The notes below the pieces were generated by a model. It worked only from the letters and a program-made list of their open reading frames with translations. It had not been told where the DNA came from and did no database searches. 64,000 bases of DNA, from positions 38,316,001-38,380,000 of the forward strand of contig OZ024755.1 of assembly GCA_964016885.1 (NCBI GenBank). The letters are read 5' to 3'. The position numbers and the translations under genes were made by a program. Positions 23,583-35,858 of this stretch are shown here, piece after piece. The first letter of the stretch is position 1; each line of letters starts with the position of its first letter. This DNA comes from Eledone cirrhosa (taxonomy: Eukaryota).

Positions 23583-24409
23583 TTTTCTCACAGTGTTCCA
23601 GCTACTTGTGTAAATAACTGGAACCACCTGTTCTTGAAATTATTCTACAGGTGTCTGAGCATTCCACTTGAAATAGATTGTCTTGTTCAATGACACAGTG
23701 TGATGTGACAGCAGGACTGGAAGTTATGAGCCAAACACCGTAACCTCTACACTACTAACCTTCACTATATCTCCACATCATACCCTACATATACCGAGGA
23801 TGACATTATACATGGCTGTCGTAGTAGTAATTGCAGATTTTGCTCAGATTTTGTATGTTAAAATGTTTTCATATCTTTAATAACTTCCTGAGAAAGTTGT
23901 CAATTGACATGGTTAGTAAACGTGTCTTTTATTCACAGATACAACTTGTATGATAATTTTATTAGATAGAACAGAGGAATGTGTTTAACATATATTAACA
24001 TACATTAGCCTCGATGTTGTCTTCCACTCTTTTATAATACATCGGGAGATAGACAGCATCAGTTGGTGGAGATGCTTGAAATGAAGGCACACCAGTGTTA
24101 GATAGAACCAGGACATCTTTCATGGATTACAACAACACAACAAGCATTTTAGGGCTGTCCTCTTTGCTAAACAAGAGAAATATCTTTAAACCTCTTTATT
24201 TCACCTTTTACAATGATTCCATTTCTAAAACTATTGTAAGTAATTCATCTAACACTTACTTATACACTTACTTATACACTTATTGGTACACTTACTGATA
24301 GACTTATTGATACACTTATCGGTACACTTATTGTTCCACTAATCGCACCCCATCCCCACCCCACCGAAAATTATTTTGATTAAGAAAGTATATTTCTTCT
24401 TCTTACCAG

Positions 24410-24495
24410 GAACAACTCTATGATGAAGAAAGGCGAAGAAAAAAGATACTTGAAGAAGCAGATATAGAAGCTAGGAAGCATTGTGATGTATTTAC
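24410..24495 (+). CDS. SORBS1: Internal coding exon B of the CAP/SORBS gene: EQLYDEERRRKKILEEADIEARKHCDVF(T)
   Basis: Polypyrimidine tract ttcttcttcttaccAG|24410 and donor AC|GTAAGT at 24496. The 86-nt exon runs phase 0 to 2. RKHCDVFT|PSQKSPIP resembles the RRHxDxFTPSQKSPIP motif I recall preceding SH3-1 in invertebrate CAP. Confidence 0.82.
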
Positions 24496-24777
24496 GTAAG
24501 TAAACCAATTTGTTTTAGAAATTATAATTCATTTGCTTTTTTTTTTTATATTTTAACTTAATTCATTCATTTTGGTTCTTTTTCTTTAAATACTCTGCAG
24601 AACTGTCGTTCCTGACCTTTTTATTACTCATGGCATACTTTAGAACAAGTAAAATTATTTTGCTCTACTTTGTACTTAAATTCAAAAATTTATTCAGAAG
24701 AAGTACTTATAGTGATGGTAAGAAACTCTCATGAGAGCTGGACAACTGAAGGTCTTTGGAGAAGAAACTCCCTTTAA

Positions 24778-24977
24778 CCCTTTAACATTTAAACTGGCTG
24801 CATCTGGCCAGAATTCTATCAGCTCTTTCAAACTGGTTGTAACCGACTGCTCGGAGCTATGTTACGGTATTGTTCTCAAAATAAGTAATATCAAAATGTC
24901 ATAAATTCGATATGATGTGAGGATAATTTACTGTGGGAATATAATAGTAAATATAGAGTAATGTAAATGTTAAAGGG
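24778..24977. mobile_element. piggyBac-type MITE (same family)
   Basis: TTAA|CCCTTTAACATTTA...TAAATGTTAAAGGG|TTAA. Confidence 0.82.
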
Positions 24978-25504
24978 TTAAGCAAGTGTTTTGACCCTTA
25001 TACATTTTAGCAAGTATAAATATAGTTAATTAAGAATTTAGAAAAATTCTTTGTATTTCATTTTTTAGTGAATAGATGGAGCCAAGTTATCGATGAAAAG
25101 CATGTCCTTGGGGTCTTTTTTGGTTATGTTTTCATCCTTAGTTTAATTGTTTTTCCACTTTGACAGTTATATATGAAAGTATCAGCAATGGAAATATTCT
25201 TTCCTGGGTCTCATTTGACAAGTTCCAACCAACTTGGAAAGCAAATGAAGTCTGAGATCTTATTGGTCATCGTCATATTGCAAATTTCAGTTGTATTTTT
25301 CATATTTTGATATAGAACTTGTTCTTTGACAGTTCACCTAATTTCATACACGGTGCACCAGTGCTGTGAGAGGTCCACAGTTTCAGAACCTCTGTTGTAC
25401 AGTTTTATCATCCAGATTTCAAGACACATGAATATGTCTAATGTCCATGTTTAACCAGCCTCCTTTGAAGTTATAGCTCATAGGAAGTTTCTTAAGTACT
25501 TTAA

Positions 25505-25880
25505 CCCTTTTGGTACCTTCTCTTTATTTTAAAGTGTTTATATTTATTTGAAACTCTCCATTATAACTTAAGGAGCATAACTGAGGCTCATACATAAAAT
25601 TATAATTGTTTCTACGTTAGGCACAAGGCCAGCAATTAACCAGTGCATTACTGGTACTTTATTTTATCGACCCCGTAAGGATGAAAGGCAAAGTTAACCT
25701 TGGCGGGATTTGAACTCAGAATGGCAAGGGCTGTAACTCTATACGTCAAAGCATGGCGTTCGACCCTCTACCGATACTGCCAATTCACCGAAAGGTTTTT
25801 AGATAAATATAAACACTTTAAAATAAACAGTTTCATGTAATAGAAAAGGGGCAGCTTCAGGGGGTTTAGTTTCAAAAGGG
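25505..25880. mobile_element. Second piggyBac-like MITE, interrupted by a SINE
   Basis: TTAA|CCCTTTTG...CAAAAGGG|TTCA with sub-terminal inverted TTTAAAGTGTTTATATTTAT / ATAAATATAAACACTTTAAA. Confidence 0.5.
25602..25790 (-). mobile_element. tRNA-derived SINE with Nin-like domain
   Basis: Minus strand TGGCAGTATCGG (A box), GAGTTCAAATCC (B box), GCCTTTCATCCTTACGGGGTCGATAAAATAAAGTACCAG (Nin-like core) and an AATTAT tail. Confidence 0.82.
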
Positions 25881-26171
25881 TTCAATAACAAATTAATGCC
25901 AATTATTTATCAAAATTATGTGTTTGTATATGTCAGTATGTTTATGTATGTATGTATATATCCATATATGTGTGTGTGGGGGTGTGTATGCTGGGTATTA
26001 TTTAATTGCAATATAGTCCATTAAAGCCTTGTCCCAATTTTGCTCAAAGTTCTTCATCAGAACTCCAAGCCTCCATCCACCAGCTTCTATATCTTCTCAC
26101 CTATATACTACTGTAACATATTGAAGCACTGCCATTTAAAATCATTTGTACCTATTACCAGGCCTAGTATA

Positions 26172-26615
26172 TTTAGTCTGTCTCGAGCTTGGAGGCTCCT
26201 CAGTTTCTGTGGTGTGAAGTGACTGAGAGAACAAGACTCACCCCTGGACAGGACGCCAGTCCATTGCAGGGTTAAAGTCTGTCTCGAGATTGGGGCTCAT
26301 CAGGTTCATGCTTATCCCAGTTTCTGTGGCGTGAAGTGACTGAGAGAACAAGACTCACCCCTGGACAGGACGCCAGTCCATTGCAGGGTTAAAGTCTGTC
26401 TCGAGATTGGGGCTCATCAGGTTCATGCTTATCCCAGTTTCTGTGGTGTGAAGTGACTGAGAAAACAAGACTCACCCCTGGACAAGATGCCAGTCCATCG
26501 CAGGGTTAAACCCCCAGCTATTGCTGGTACTCATTTTCAGCTGAGTATACTGGGTCAAAGTGAATTGAACCTATGATATGATTGTAAGTTCAACATCCTT
26601 ACCACTAGGCTACAT
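26172..26615 (-). mobile_element. tRNA-SINE (third family) whose 3' ~120 bp is tandemly triplicated
   Basis: 120-bp period (26281/26401). The head TAGCCTAGTGGTAAGG...GGTTCAATTC is on the minus strand. Related to 56719-56976. Confidence 0.65.
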
Positions 26616-27193
26616 ACCACCACCAATGAATTTAGTGCCCTGGGTTAACCATACGATAGGTACCCCTTCCAGTTATGAGTTCCATTCCCTCAAATAATAT
26701 AATTTCAATTTAAAGTTTGACAAACAGATGAAGCTATTTTTTTCTACTTGTTGTTTGCCAGCATTAAGCCAGCATGTTCTGCTACACTGTCCACACTCAC
26801 CCATATCAAATCATATATGTAGGTCATAACATCCACAATATTGTATATATGGCAAGTTGGGGATTTCTGATCAATCATATCTCATTTTCCTCGATAGCAG
26901 AATATCCTATAAAGTGGGCTACAGTTTCTGTGACATACTACTACTACTACTACTACTGCTACTGATACTGCTACTGCTACCACCACCGCCACCACTAATA
27001 ACAACAACAATCTATATTATACTAACTGTACACAACCTATCTGTCTGTGACATGAATGTTATGATGATCTGTCAAATGTTGTAAATATTGTTTTGTAGAA
27101 TTCACGAAACACAAGTGGGGGGGGGGGGTAAATCGTTTAAATGTTCTAAAATGTTTTCATTTATAGCAGAAATGTGCATTCTCTATCAACAGT

Positions 27194-27279
<86 letters not shown>

Positions 27280-27434
27280 AGTAAGATGTATGGTAGGTCG
27301 TATGTGAATCGCGATGATCACGTCTGACCTACCAAATATGTGACGGTAGCTAGTTAAGCTCTATGCGTATACGCAGAGCAGAAATATTATTGAAAAAGAA
27401 CAAAGGAACTATTATGACATTATAACAAGTTTAT

Positions 27435-27481
27435 TGCCGACAGCCGTTTCGTCCGACCATATGGTGGGACTTTTCAAGGCA
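27435..27481 (-). ncRNA. Antisense twin of the U3-A8 hammerhead (other arm of the fold-back)
   Basis: The reverse complement reads TGCC-TTGAAAA-GTCCCACCATATGGTCGGAC-GAAA-CGGCTG-TC-GGCA. Confidence 0.75.
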
Positions 27482-27607
27482 TATAACATGTGACTGTAAG
27501 ATCATTATTTACATCAACGTATCACTCAAGGCTAGCAGTTTGAAATTGTGGTATACATCAGCATTATAACGAGTTTATTGCCGACATTCATACAATCACA
27601 TGTTATA

Positions 27608-27654
27608 TGCCTTGAAAAGTCCCACCATGGGGTCGGACGAAACGGCTGTCGGCA
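27608..27654 (+). ncRNA. Minimal hammerhead ribozyme with U3-A8 core variant
   Basis: TGCC-TTGAAAA-GTCC(caccatggggtc)GGAC-GAAA-CGGCTG-TC-GGCA, with a GUC cleavage triplet. Confidence 0.75.
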
Positions 27655-27698
27655 ATAAACTCGTTATAATGTCATAATAGTTCCTTTGTTCTTTTTCA

Positions 27699-27737
<39 letters not shown>

Positions 27738-27984
27738 GAAAAAATGAAGAATAACATGGTCAACAGTACAAAAAAGGAAATTTATTTACAGTCTAACAGT
27801 TATAACACTGATAGAGTTGCCTAAAAATTGCTAAACACTGAAAACAGTGCCACTCAATTTAAAATACATGTTGGCTTCATCATATCTTCAGAAACTATCA
27901 AAAAATATAAATATATGCGTAACCGGCAAATTTACAAATTCAAATCACAGCCTCTAATTGGATTACCTATAGCAATATCTTGTT

Positions 27985-28038
<54 letters not shown>

Positions 28039-28409
28039 GTATATATGTATGTGTGTGTAAAGTGGTTGTATAGGTGTCGCAACAAAAAGCACCCAGTATT
28101 CATTGTAAATGGGGTTGGCGATAGGAAGGGCATCCAGGTGTAGGAACTAGCCGCATTTACAGTGAGTACTAGGTGCTTTTTGTTGTATCACCTACACAAC
28201 CACTTTACAGTGTAGACTGAGTGCATCTTTCTGTGTACCTACTTGTCTCTCTTTCTATCTATCTATCTCTTTCTTTCTATCTGTCTAGCTCTCCTCTCTC
28301 AATATATATATATATATATATATAACGTCCAGTTACTTTAGGTTCACCAGAGTTAGCACTCGATGCGTAGTTTCCAGTTGGTAAAGAGGTGTAGTACCAA
28401 GCAGAGTGT

Positions 28410-29035
28410 AATAATAAAAAGGACGATTTGTTATGTCTTCGTTACGTTTATTGATTGGTGACGCGTGTTTCGCTATTGATCAGCTCAAGGTTCGATCTGT
28501 ATTGATCTAGCCCGACTCTGGAATCAACAGCTCATCAGACTGCTGTTGTGGTAATGACAAAATGAACCTGTAGGGCTTAGAAAGGTCTATAATGGTTCAC
28601 ATTCATTTATGGTGGTCAGTTTTAGTTTGTTTCGATTGGTGGTTTTGCTATAAAGAATGTTTTGGTATGTGTGATTGGTGGGGGAGGGATTATAATGAAG
28701 AGGTGGGGAGAGATGGTTGGTGGGGGTGTGGTGTTTTGGCTGTTTCATAGGCATTATGGCGAGACGAGAGTGGTGGGTGAGGAAGGGGTTATGGGCTATA
28801 TGTGATGGGAGATGAAAGAGTGTGGTGCTGTACTAGGGGGGGGGGGGTTCTGTTGGTCAGAGGTTTGTCAAAGAGCAATAAAATAAAGTAAATTAAACCT
28901 AGGTTAGGGGTGAGGCTAAGGGCTTTTTGTACTAGAAACAAAAGGATTGAATCTTGAGCTGATCAATAGAAAAACACACATCACTACTAAATAAACGTAA
29001 TGAAGACATAACAAATCGTCCTTTTTATTATTATT
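28410..29035. mobile_element. PLE 3'-end fragment (minus) with an inverted partial copy
   Basis: ~28410-28490 is the reverse complement of ~28950-29035. The G-rich spacer and hammerhead-like motif lie on the minus strand. Confidence 0.6.
28455..28543 (-). ncRNA. Hammerhead-like motif with extended stem II
   Basis: Minus strand CTGATGA-GCTGTTGAT...ATCAATAGC-GAAA-CACGCG-TC. Stem I pairing is poor. Confidence 0.5.
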
Positions 29036-29121
29036 ATGAATGGACCTCTTATTTTTATCTAAAAACATTTTTTCCAATTCAACCCCGCCCATCCCTTCAA
29101 TCTATCTTATTTCTTATTCTT

Positions 29122-29157
29122 TCTTCTGATGAAGGACTAGCGTCTGAAATGTTAAGA
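29122..29157 (+). ncRNA. Degenerate minimal hammerhead
   Basis: TCTT-CTGATGA-AGGAC(tagc)GTCT-GAAA-TGTT-AAGA. It looks like a CpG-decayed CGAAACGTT. Confidence 0.55.
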
Positions 29158-29267
29158 CCGGCTTCCTGCTATATCAAGTGTTAACCTAATATATACCTTC
29201 CATATACTGTACCGATTGTGTTGTTATTTCTGTTTACCTTTTACATACATACATATATATATATATT

Positions 29268-30085
29268 ATTATGCAAAAGTTTTATTTAAAAGTGTTGGGT
29301 TACAACGAATAAATATTTTATAACTGATATAAAGCACTCAACAAGTTTTGGAGTAGATTTTGATATATGTAGGTTTTGATATATCGACCTAAGAATTTTT
29401 AAACTAAACATATGGTCATTATTTTTCACACATTATATATCTATGTCTCATTCATGAATATTGATATTTACATTATAATACCCAATTCATATGAATTGAT
29501 AATTCAAACTGATAGGACATAACGTAAAGTTATAAATCTGTCATCCTTCTCTCTTGATATAACTCTTTCTTCTCCACCCTCTATAAAAAAAATTTAAGTA
29601 TCGCTGTTTTCTCTTTATTTATTTTTTATTTCTCTCCGTCTCCTTAACACTATAACTAAATAAATGAATAAATAAATAATTACAGTACTCCCTCCCTCCT
29701 TAATCTCTCAATTTGTATGATGAATTATTATTATTATTATTCATCTGTTGCCTCAGCTGATCTCTTTTTTCACCCCCTCACTATTTCTCTCTCCCATATC
29801 TCTCTCTATCTCTCTCTGTTTTTCTTTACATACATTTATCTCCGTCTTTCTTTTTTAACTGTGCTTAACACTAAATATTTACAAACATTTCACTACCAAA
29901 CCAACTTTTTTAAATGGAAGTTGAACAATATTCATGGTACGTCAAATTTATTTATAAAACTGCTTATATATTGTATTTTATCTGAAGAAGGCATCCCATA
30001 TTTCTAATATGGTATCCCTGAAATATGTATAATGAAATAAATATGGTTTTATAAATATAGTTTCCATTTGTTTAATATCGTATAA
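29268..30085 (+). mobile_element. PLE-like fragment with hammerhead, related to 63272-63612
   Basis: ~29268-29358 matches ~63272-63361 directly, and ~29895-30085 matches ~63362-63550 inverted. TA-rich flanks. Confidence 0.65.
29974..30039 (+). ncRNA. Minimal hammerhead, long stem II variant
   Basis: TATTTTAT-CTGAAGA-AGGCATCCCATAT(ttcta)ATATGGTATCCCT-GAAA-TATGTA-TA-ATGAAATA. Confidence 0.6.
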
Positions 30086-31203
30086 TAATATATATATTAT
30101 CATAATTATTTCATTTACCAGTGGTTTCTTGAAGACAGATGTTGTGTCTGTCTTCAGTCAATATATATTATTATTATTATTATTATATATATATAGCTTT
30201 GTTAAAGTTTGGTAAAGAAACCTAATATGACTTATTCCATCCATAAACCAATGTTATGTACTAATATTAACAATAATCATAATTAAATGCCAAATTTCCT
30301 TATTTCTTGCCATTTCAGTAAAAGCAGCCCACTTCGTATAATTTCCTATTCTAGAGAATTTGGGTAAGTGGAAGTAAGCTAAAAACCAAAGGCCAATCCT
30401 TCCTCCTCTGTGCACCCACCTTTCAGGGCTGAATCCACCTGGCTCTCTTGTTCCTTTCCTAATGGCTGATGTTGTTGTTGTTTAGCAAGTGTTGCTATCT
30501 TAATAATATGCCTATGTTTGCTCACTGTGTTTGTTTTTTTATTATTTTTTTTTTCATGTATATTTAAACACGCACACACACACACACACACACACGCACA
30601 CACACATATACACACACATATCCACATTATCTAACATCCAGTTTCCATGCTAGCATGGGTTAGACGAGTTGTCCTGACATTGTGAAACAAGTCAGACCAG
30701 GTGACTGTGTCTTGCTCATACAGAACTGTTTCTGGTCTCGTTTCTATGGCTGGATGACCTTCCTAATACCAATATATATATACACACACATATATGGTCC
30801 TTACAATTGTAATGTTGTGGCCTTCATTCTTGGCCTGGTCTTTACAATTGTAATGTTGTGGCCTTCATTCTTGACTGGTTGGTGTGTTCTTGGACCCTTA
30901 ATTTAACATTACTATAGTCACTCAGCTGAAAATAAGTCAACAGTATATTGATATCGACAAGACCCCAGACCTCATACACTTAATGAGTGGGGTGGAGCTC
31001 GTCATATCGGACCGAGGAAGCAATGTTTCCGGTGGTCTTTCCAATTGCTAATACTATCTATCGGTTGCAACTCCAGGTAGAAGGAGCAACGTGAAATAAA
31101 GTGTCTTGCTCAAGGACATAACGCATCGCTTGGTCCAGGAATCGAACTCACAACCTCACGATTGTGAATCCAATTCTCTAACCACTCAGACACCTGGCTT
31201 GAT

Positions 31204-31548
31204 ATCATCATCATCATCATCATTTCATTTTATGTCCGCTTTTTCCCTGCTTGCAAGGGTGGGACGGGAACTGATTCTGGCTTGATTTCTACAGCTGGAT
31301 GCCCTTCCTAACACCAACCTCATTTACAGTGAGTGTTGGGTGCTTTTTTGCCGTGGCACCTCCACGACCACTTTGCAGTGGAATGATAGGGACCCCAGTC
31401 CCTATCATCTCATTTCTACAGCTCAGTAAACTGGAGCAATGTGAAATAAAGTGTCTTGCTCAAGGAAACAACACATCACCCGGTCTGAGAATTGAACTCA
31501 CAACCTTTCGATTGCAAGGCCAATGCTCTAACTAAGCCATGTGCCTCC
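31204..31548 (-). mobile_element. CORE/RTE-tail SINE copy
   Basis: Near-identical to 4422-4768. Confidence 0.9.
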
Positions 31549-31919
31549 ATGATATATATTAGTTTAATACTTTGTATGGTAGGAAAAGAGTTGCACACAT
31601 GCACACACACACACAAACACATGCATTCACACACAAACACATGCACACACATGCACTCACACACAAACACACGCACACACAAACACAAACACACAAACAC
31701 ACGCACGCAGACACAAACACACACACGCACATATATATATATAAAGCAAATACATTGTTTTATTTTATATATCAATTATTCAATTTATTGCTTTTTTTTG
31801 TATTTTTTGTCTTCATTTTTATTTACTTATTTTTATTTTGTATATATTTTTATTTAATAATTTTTGCTTCTCATTTAATTGTTGACAGTGTTATTAAAGG
31901 ACCTTTCTGTGTTACCAGT

Positions 31920-32200
31920 TCCATCATCATCACTACCACCATCACCATCACCCTCATCACTACCACCATCACTATCATCACCACCATCATCATCACCATC
32001 ATCACTACCACCATCACCATCATCACTACCACCATCACCATCATCACCACCATCATCATTATCATCACCACCACCACCCTCATCACTACCTCCCCTCATC
32101 ATTATCACCACCACCACCAACATCACCACCATCATCAATATTATCATCATCATCACCACCACCACCAACATCACCACCATCATCACCACCATCATAATCA
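31920..32200. repeat. (CAT/CAC)n trinucleotide repeat
   Basis: Direct reading. Confidence 0.88.
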
Positions 32201-32434
32201 ATATCTTGTGGTATTTCTTCGGCCTTCTGCATTTCAAATCTGATTTCAAATCCTTCTGTAGTCAATTTTGTATTTCATCCTCCTTTCAGGGTCAATAAAT
32301 TATAGTAGTAACCCAGGAGAGTAGATTGGCTGACTTGGAGTATCAGAATAGATACCTGCAGGTGTCTACTCCAGCCCTTTGTATTCTCAGTTTAAATCCC
32401 AGTTTAGCCTAAACTATGGTCCAGTTTAACACCA

Positions 32435-33662
32435 CCAACTAGCTCTCGGTTGCCTTTAGCAGAGTCCATTCTTTTTCCTGTTTAAAGATGTCTTCTTTCC
32501 TGCCCCCCATTAGTCTCAGAGGATATGTGGGGGACCTTCTGCATGAGTGCTGCAGCATCTCATGATATGCCAGCTGCTGCAACACCCCTGCACAGCATTG
32601 GACTTGGCAGACTTTAATGAGAAAGGACAGCAATGTGTTCAGCTGTGGTGGAACCACATCTGGCCAAGCTTTGTAACTGACACTCTTGTGGACACAAGGA
32701 CAGCAATGTGTTCAGCTGTGGTAGAACCACATCTAGCCAAGCTTTGTAACTGACACTCTTGTGGACACAAGGACAGCAATGTGTTCAGCTGTGGTAGAAC
32801 CACATCTGGCCAAGCTTTGTAACTGACACTCTTGTGGACACAAGGACAGCAATGTGTTCAGCTGTGGCAGAACCACATCTAGCCAAGCTTTGTAACTGAC
32901 ACTCTTGTGGACACAAGGACAACAATGTGTTCAGCTGTGACAGAACCACATCTAGCCAAGCTTTGTAACTGACACTCTTGTGGACACAAGGACAGCAATG
33001 TGTTCAGCTGTGGTAGAACCACATCTAGCCAAGCTTTGTAACTGACACTCTTGTGGACACAAGGACAGCAATGTGTTCAGCTGTGGTAGAACCACATCTG
33101 GCCAAGCTTTGTAACTGACACTCTTGTGGACACAAGGACAGCAATGTGTTCAGCTGTGGCAGAACCACATCTAGCCAAGCTTTGTAACTGACACTCTTGT
33201 GGACACAAGGACAACAATGTGGTCAGCTGTGGTAGAACCACATCTAGCCAAACTTTGTAACTGACACTCTTGTGGACACAAGGACAACAATGTGTTCAGC
33301 TGTGACAGAACCACATCTAGCCAAACTTTGTAACTGACACTCTTGTGGACACAAGGACAACAATGTGTTCAGTTGTGACAGAACCACATCTAGCCAAACT
33401 TTGTAACTGACACTCTTGTGGACACAAGGACAACAATGTGTTCAGCTGTGACAGAACCACATCTAGCCAAACTTTGTAACTGACACTCTTGTGGACACAA
33501 GGACAACAATGTGTTCAGTTGTGACAGAACCACATCTAGCCAAACTTTGTAACTGACACTCTTGTGGACACAAGGACAACAATGTGTTCAGTTGTGACAG
33601 AACCACATCTAGCCAAACTTTGTAACTGACACTCTTGTGGACACAAGGACAACAACAAGAAC
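32435..33662 (+). mobile_element. Vingi/Ingi-like LINE 3' remnant with tandemly reiterated 3' end
   Basis: QHLMICQLLQHPCTALDLADFNEKGQQCVQLWWNHI resembles the H..C....CT..DL.........W...I* C-terminus I recall for Vingi. It ends GGACAC...AACAACAAG. Confidence 0.45.
32623..33653. repeat. 73-bp minisatellite (~14 copies)
   Basis: AAGGACAGCAATGTGTTCAGCTGTGGTAGAACCACATCTAGCCAAGCTTTGTAACTGACACTCTTGTGGACAC; period 32623/32696. Confidence 0.96.
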
Positions 33663-34127
33663 TTCTCTACATGGCTAAACATTAAAATAAATAAATAATT
33701 AAATCAAATAAAGGAAAAACATAATTTTAACTGCCAACATCCTGTAATGATTCAGCAGAAAATATCTAAAAGCAAGTTTGTTAATTTAAATGCCTATAGT
33801 ATTGTTGCTGGTGAACAGGGGACAGATGGTTGTGAAAATTTGCAGTATTAGGTTAAAGACTAATTTTTAATGTGATGCAGCCATAGTGTTGCACTAAAGA
33901 TGTCTTGCTACTCTAGTACAAGACATTCAGAGTTAAGTGTGTTAAATCACAATTATTCCAATCTTTGATTATATTTAATTAATTTTTCTTAATTTGGTTA
34001 TGGAACTTCTCACATAGAATGGTCCTCTATGCATGACTAATGTCGCTTCTCTCATCAGTACCAGGTAAACCATTACTGCTCACATTCATTTGTCAACTTG
34101 CATGATGGAAAGCTAAACACACACACA

Positions 34128-34188
34128 TTATATATATATAATTAAAAAAGAGTTAAAGTCTCACATTAATCCCCTATATTTATATAAT

Positions 34189-34219
<31 letters not shown>

Positions 34220-34301
34220 AAGAGTTAAAGTCTCACATTAATCCCCTATATCTATATATATATATAATTAAAAAATAGTTAAAGTCTCACATTAATCTCC
34301 T

Positions 34302-34349
<48 letters not shown>

Positions 34350-34398
34350 AAGTGTTAGTCTCACATAAATCCCCTATATCTATCTATATATATATATA
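34128..34398. repeat. Four tandem copies of AATTAAAAAAGAGTTAAAGTCTCACATTAATCCCCT separated by variable (TA)n
   Basis: Visible reiteration. Confidence 0.85.
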
Positions 34399-34984
34399 TA
34401 TGTGATAAAATGGGGAGAAAAATACTGCTGGTAGCACACGGATAACATGTAATAAAATAAGTCCCTCATCAGTGATTTGCCGACGATCATAGATATTTCA
34501 TTGCATTAAAAATCATATACCTCACGTCGGTGCAATAATAACTAAATTAAGTTATTAGGACAATTAAAACGCGTAAAGCGAGTGAGACAGGATAACAACA
34601 AAGAGTAGAGCTAACCGTAGAAGGAAGGAAACAAGCTTCATAGTTATTCTGTTAGCATAAGCTAGGTGAATATATGAGCGCTTAGAAAAAAGACCTTTCG
34701 CGAACGAATGCAATGTGAGAAAGAGAGAAATTGCTTTCGTCGCGAACGGGGTGAAGTGAGGAGAGGAGAAACAGTGAGTGAGTGAGTGGAAGTGTGAGGA
34801 AGAGTTAACTGACATGACAGAGGGGGCGAAAGAAAGTAGGAGAAACAGAGAGAATGAGGGAGCAGTAAGAGAGAGAGAGAGAGAAAAAAACAGAATCGCA
34901 GTTTAGGTAAATATATGTGATAAAATGGGGAGAAAAATACTGCTGGTAGCACATGGATAACATGTAATAAAATAAGTCCCTCAT
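34399..34984 (-). mobile_element. TA-flanked element with ~70-bp terminal direct repeats (pLTR-like)
   Basis: TATGTGATAAAATGGGGAGAAAAATACTGCTGGTAGCAC...AAGTCCCTCAT occurs at ~34399 and ~34913. Minus strand CTGATGAGGGA lacks the GAAA half. Confidence 0.45.
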
Positions 34985-35167
34985 GAATATATATATATAT
35001 ATATATATAAATATAAATTCAGCGAGAATCGCTTTTCGGCGGGTAGAAAAAACTACACGTAACACAAATTCCGAGTCATGCTGGCAAGCGCTCCATAGGC
35101 TAAAAGACCAGAGCAATAAACATAGGTTATAAAGGCCATACAAACTATATATATATATATATATATA

Positions 35168-35510
35168 TATATTGGTAAACGGAATAGAAAATGCTGACAA
35201 ATTGTTCACAGTTGAAAAATAGTTTAATTAGGAATAAAAGAGTATTAGTAATTGTATGGGTTAGTATTCAGTTTTGGTTTTAAGTTTTTAAGCTTTTACC
35301 GGTTGCGCATTTCAGAGCAAACAACACAGACACTCTATCTCAAAATTATTTTTGAAAAGCATTTAGAAATGCGCAACCGGTAAAAACTTAAAAACTTAAA
35401 ACCACAACTGAATACTAACCCATACAATTACTAATACTCTTTTATTCCTAATTAAACCAATTTTCAACTGTGAACAATTTGTCAGCATTTTCTATTCCGT
35501 TTACCAATAT
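35168..35510. repeat. Fold-back element (~145-bp arms), probably PLE-derived
   Basis: ATATTGGTAAACGGAATAG... pairs with ...CTATTCCGTTTACCAATAT. The inner arm ends carry GAAATGCGCAA (hammerhead 3' half). (TA)n flank. Confidence 0.8.
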
Positions 35511-35671
35511 ATAATAACTTGTGTGTTACACCTCTATTCTTTTAACTATATATATATATATATAGTAATAATAATAAATTTGAAGACTAAAATCCAAAGA
35601 GGGCTCGATAAGGATAAATACATATCAAATATATAAGAACCGTAGAGCAAATATATATATATATATATATA

Positions 35672-35858
35672 TAATTGTTTCTACTTTAGGCACAAGGCCA
35701 GCAATTACCCCAGTGCATTACTGGTACTTTATTTTATCGACCCCGTAAGGATGAAAGGCAAAGTCAACCTCGGCGGGATTTGATCTCAGATCGTAAAGGG
35801 ACGTAACTATGCTGGAAAGCATGGTGTCCGACCCTCTACCGATACTGCCATCCACCGC
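35672..35858 (-). mobile_element. Nin-like SINE copy
   Basis: Matches 25602-25790. (TA)n on both sides. Confidence 0.82.

Larger units (their letters stand above)
27388..27703. mobile_element. PLE-derived fold-back element (~110-bp inverted arms) ending in (TA)n
   Basis: ~27388-27498 is the reverse complement of ~27591-27703. Each arm contains a hammerhead. Confidence 0.8.

Noticed and set aside
24598-25394. Possible old hAT element (GTCGTTCCTGACC...TTTCAGAACCTCTG) surrounding the piggyBac MITE
   Set aside because: The ends are too degenerate and I found no convincing TSD.
26290-26430. CTGATGAG on the minus strand (also 56945) as a hammerhead core
   Set aside because: There is no properly placed GAAA or stem III; it is part of a SINE 3' tail.
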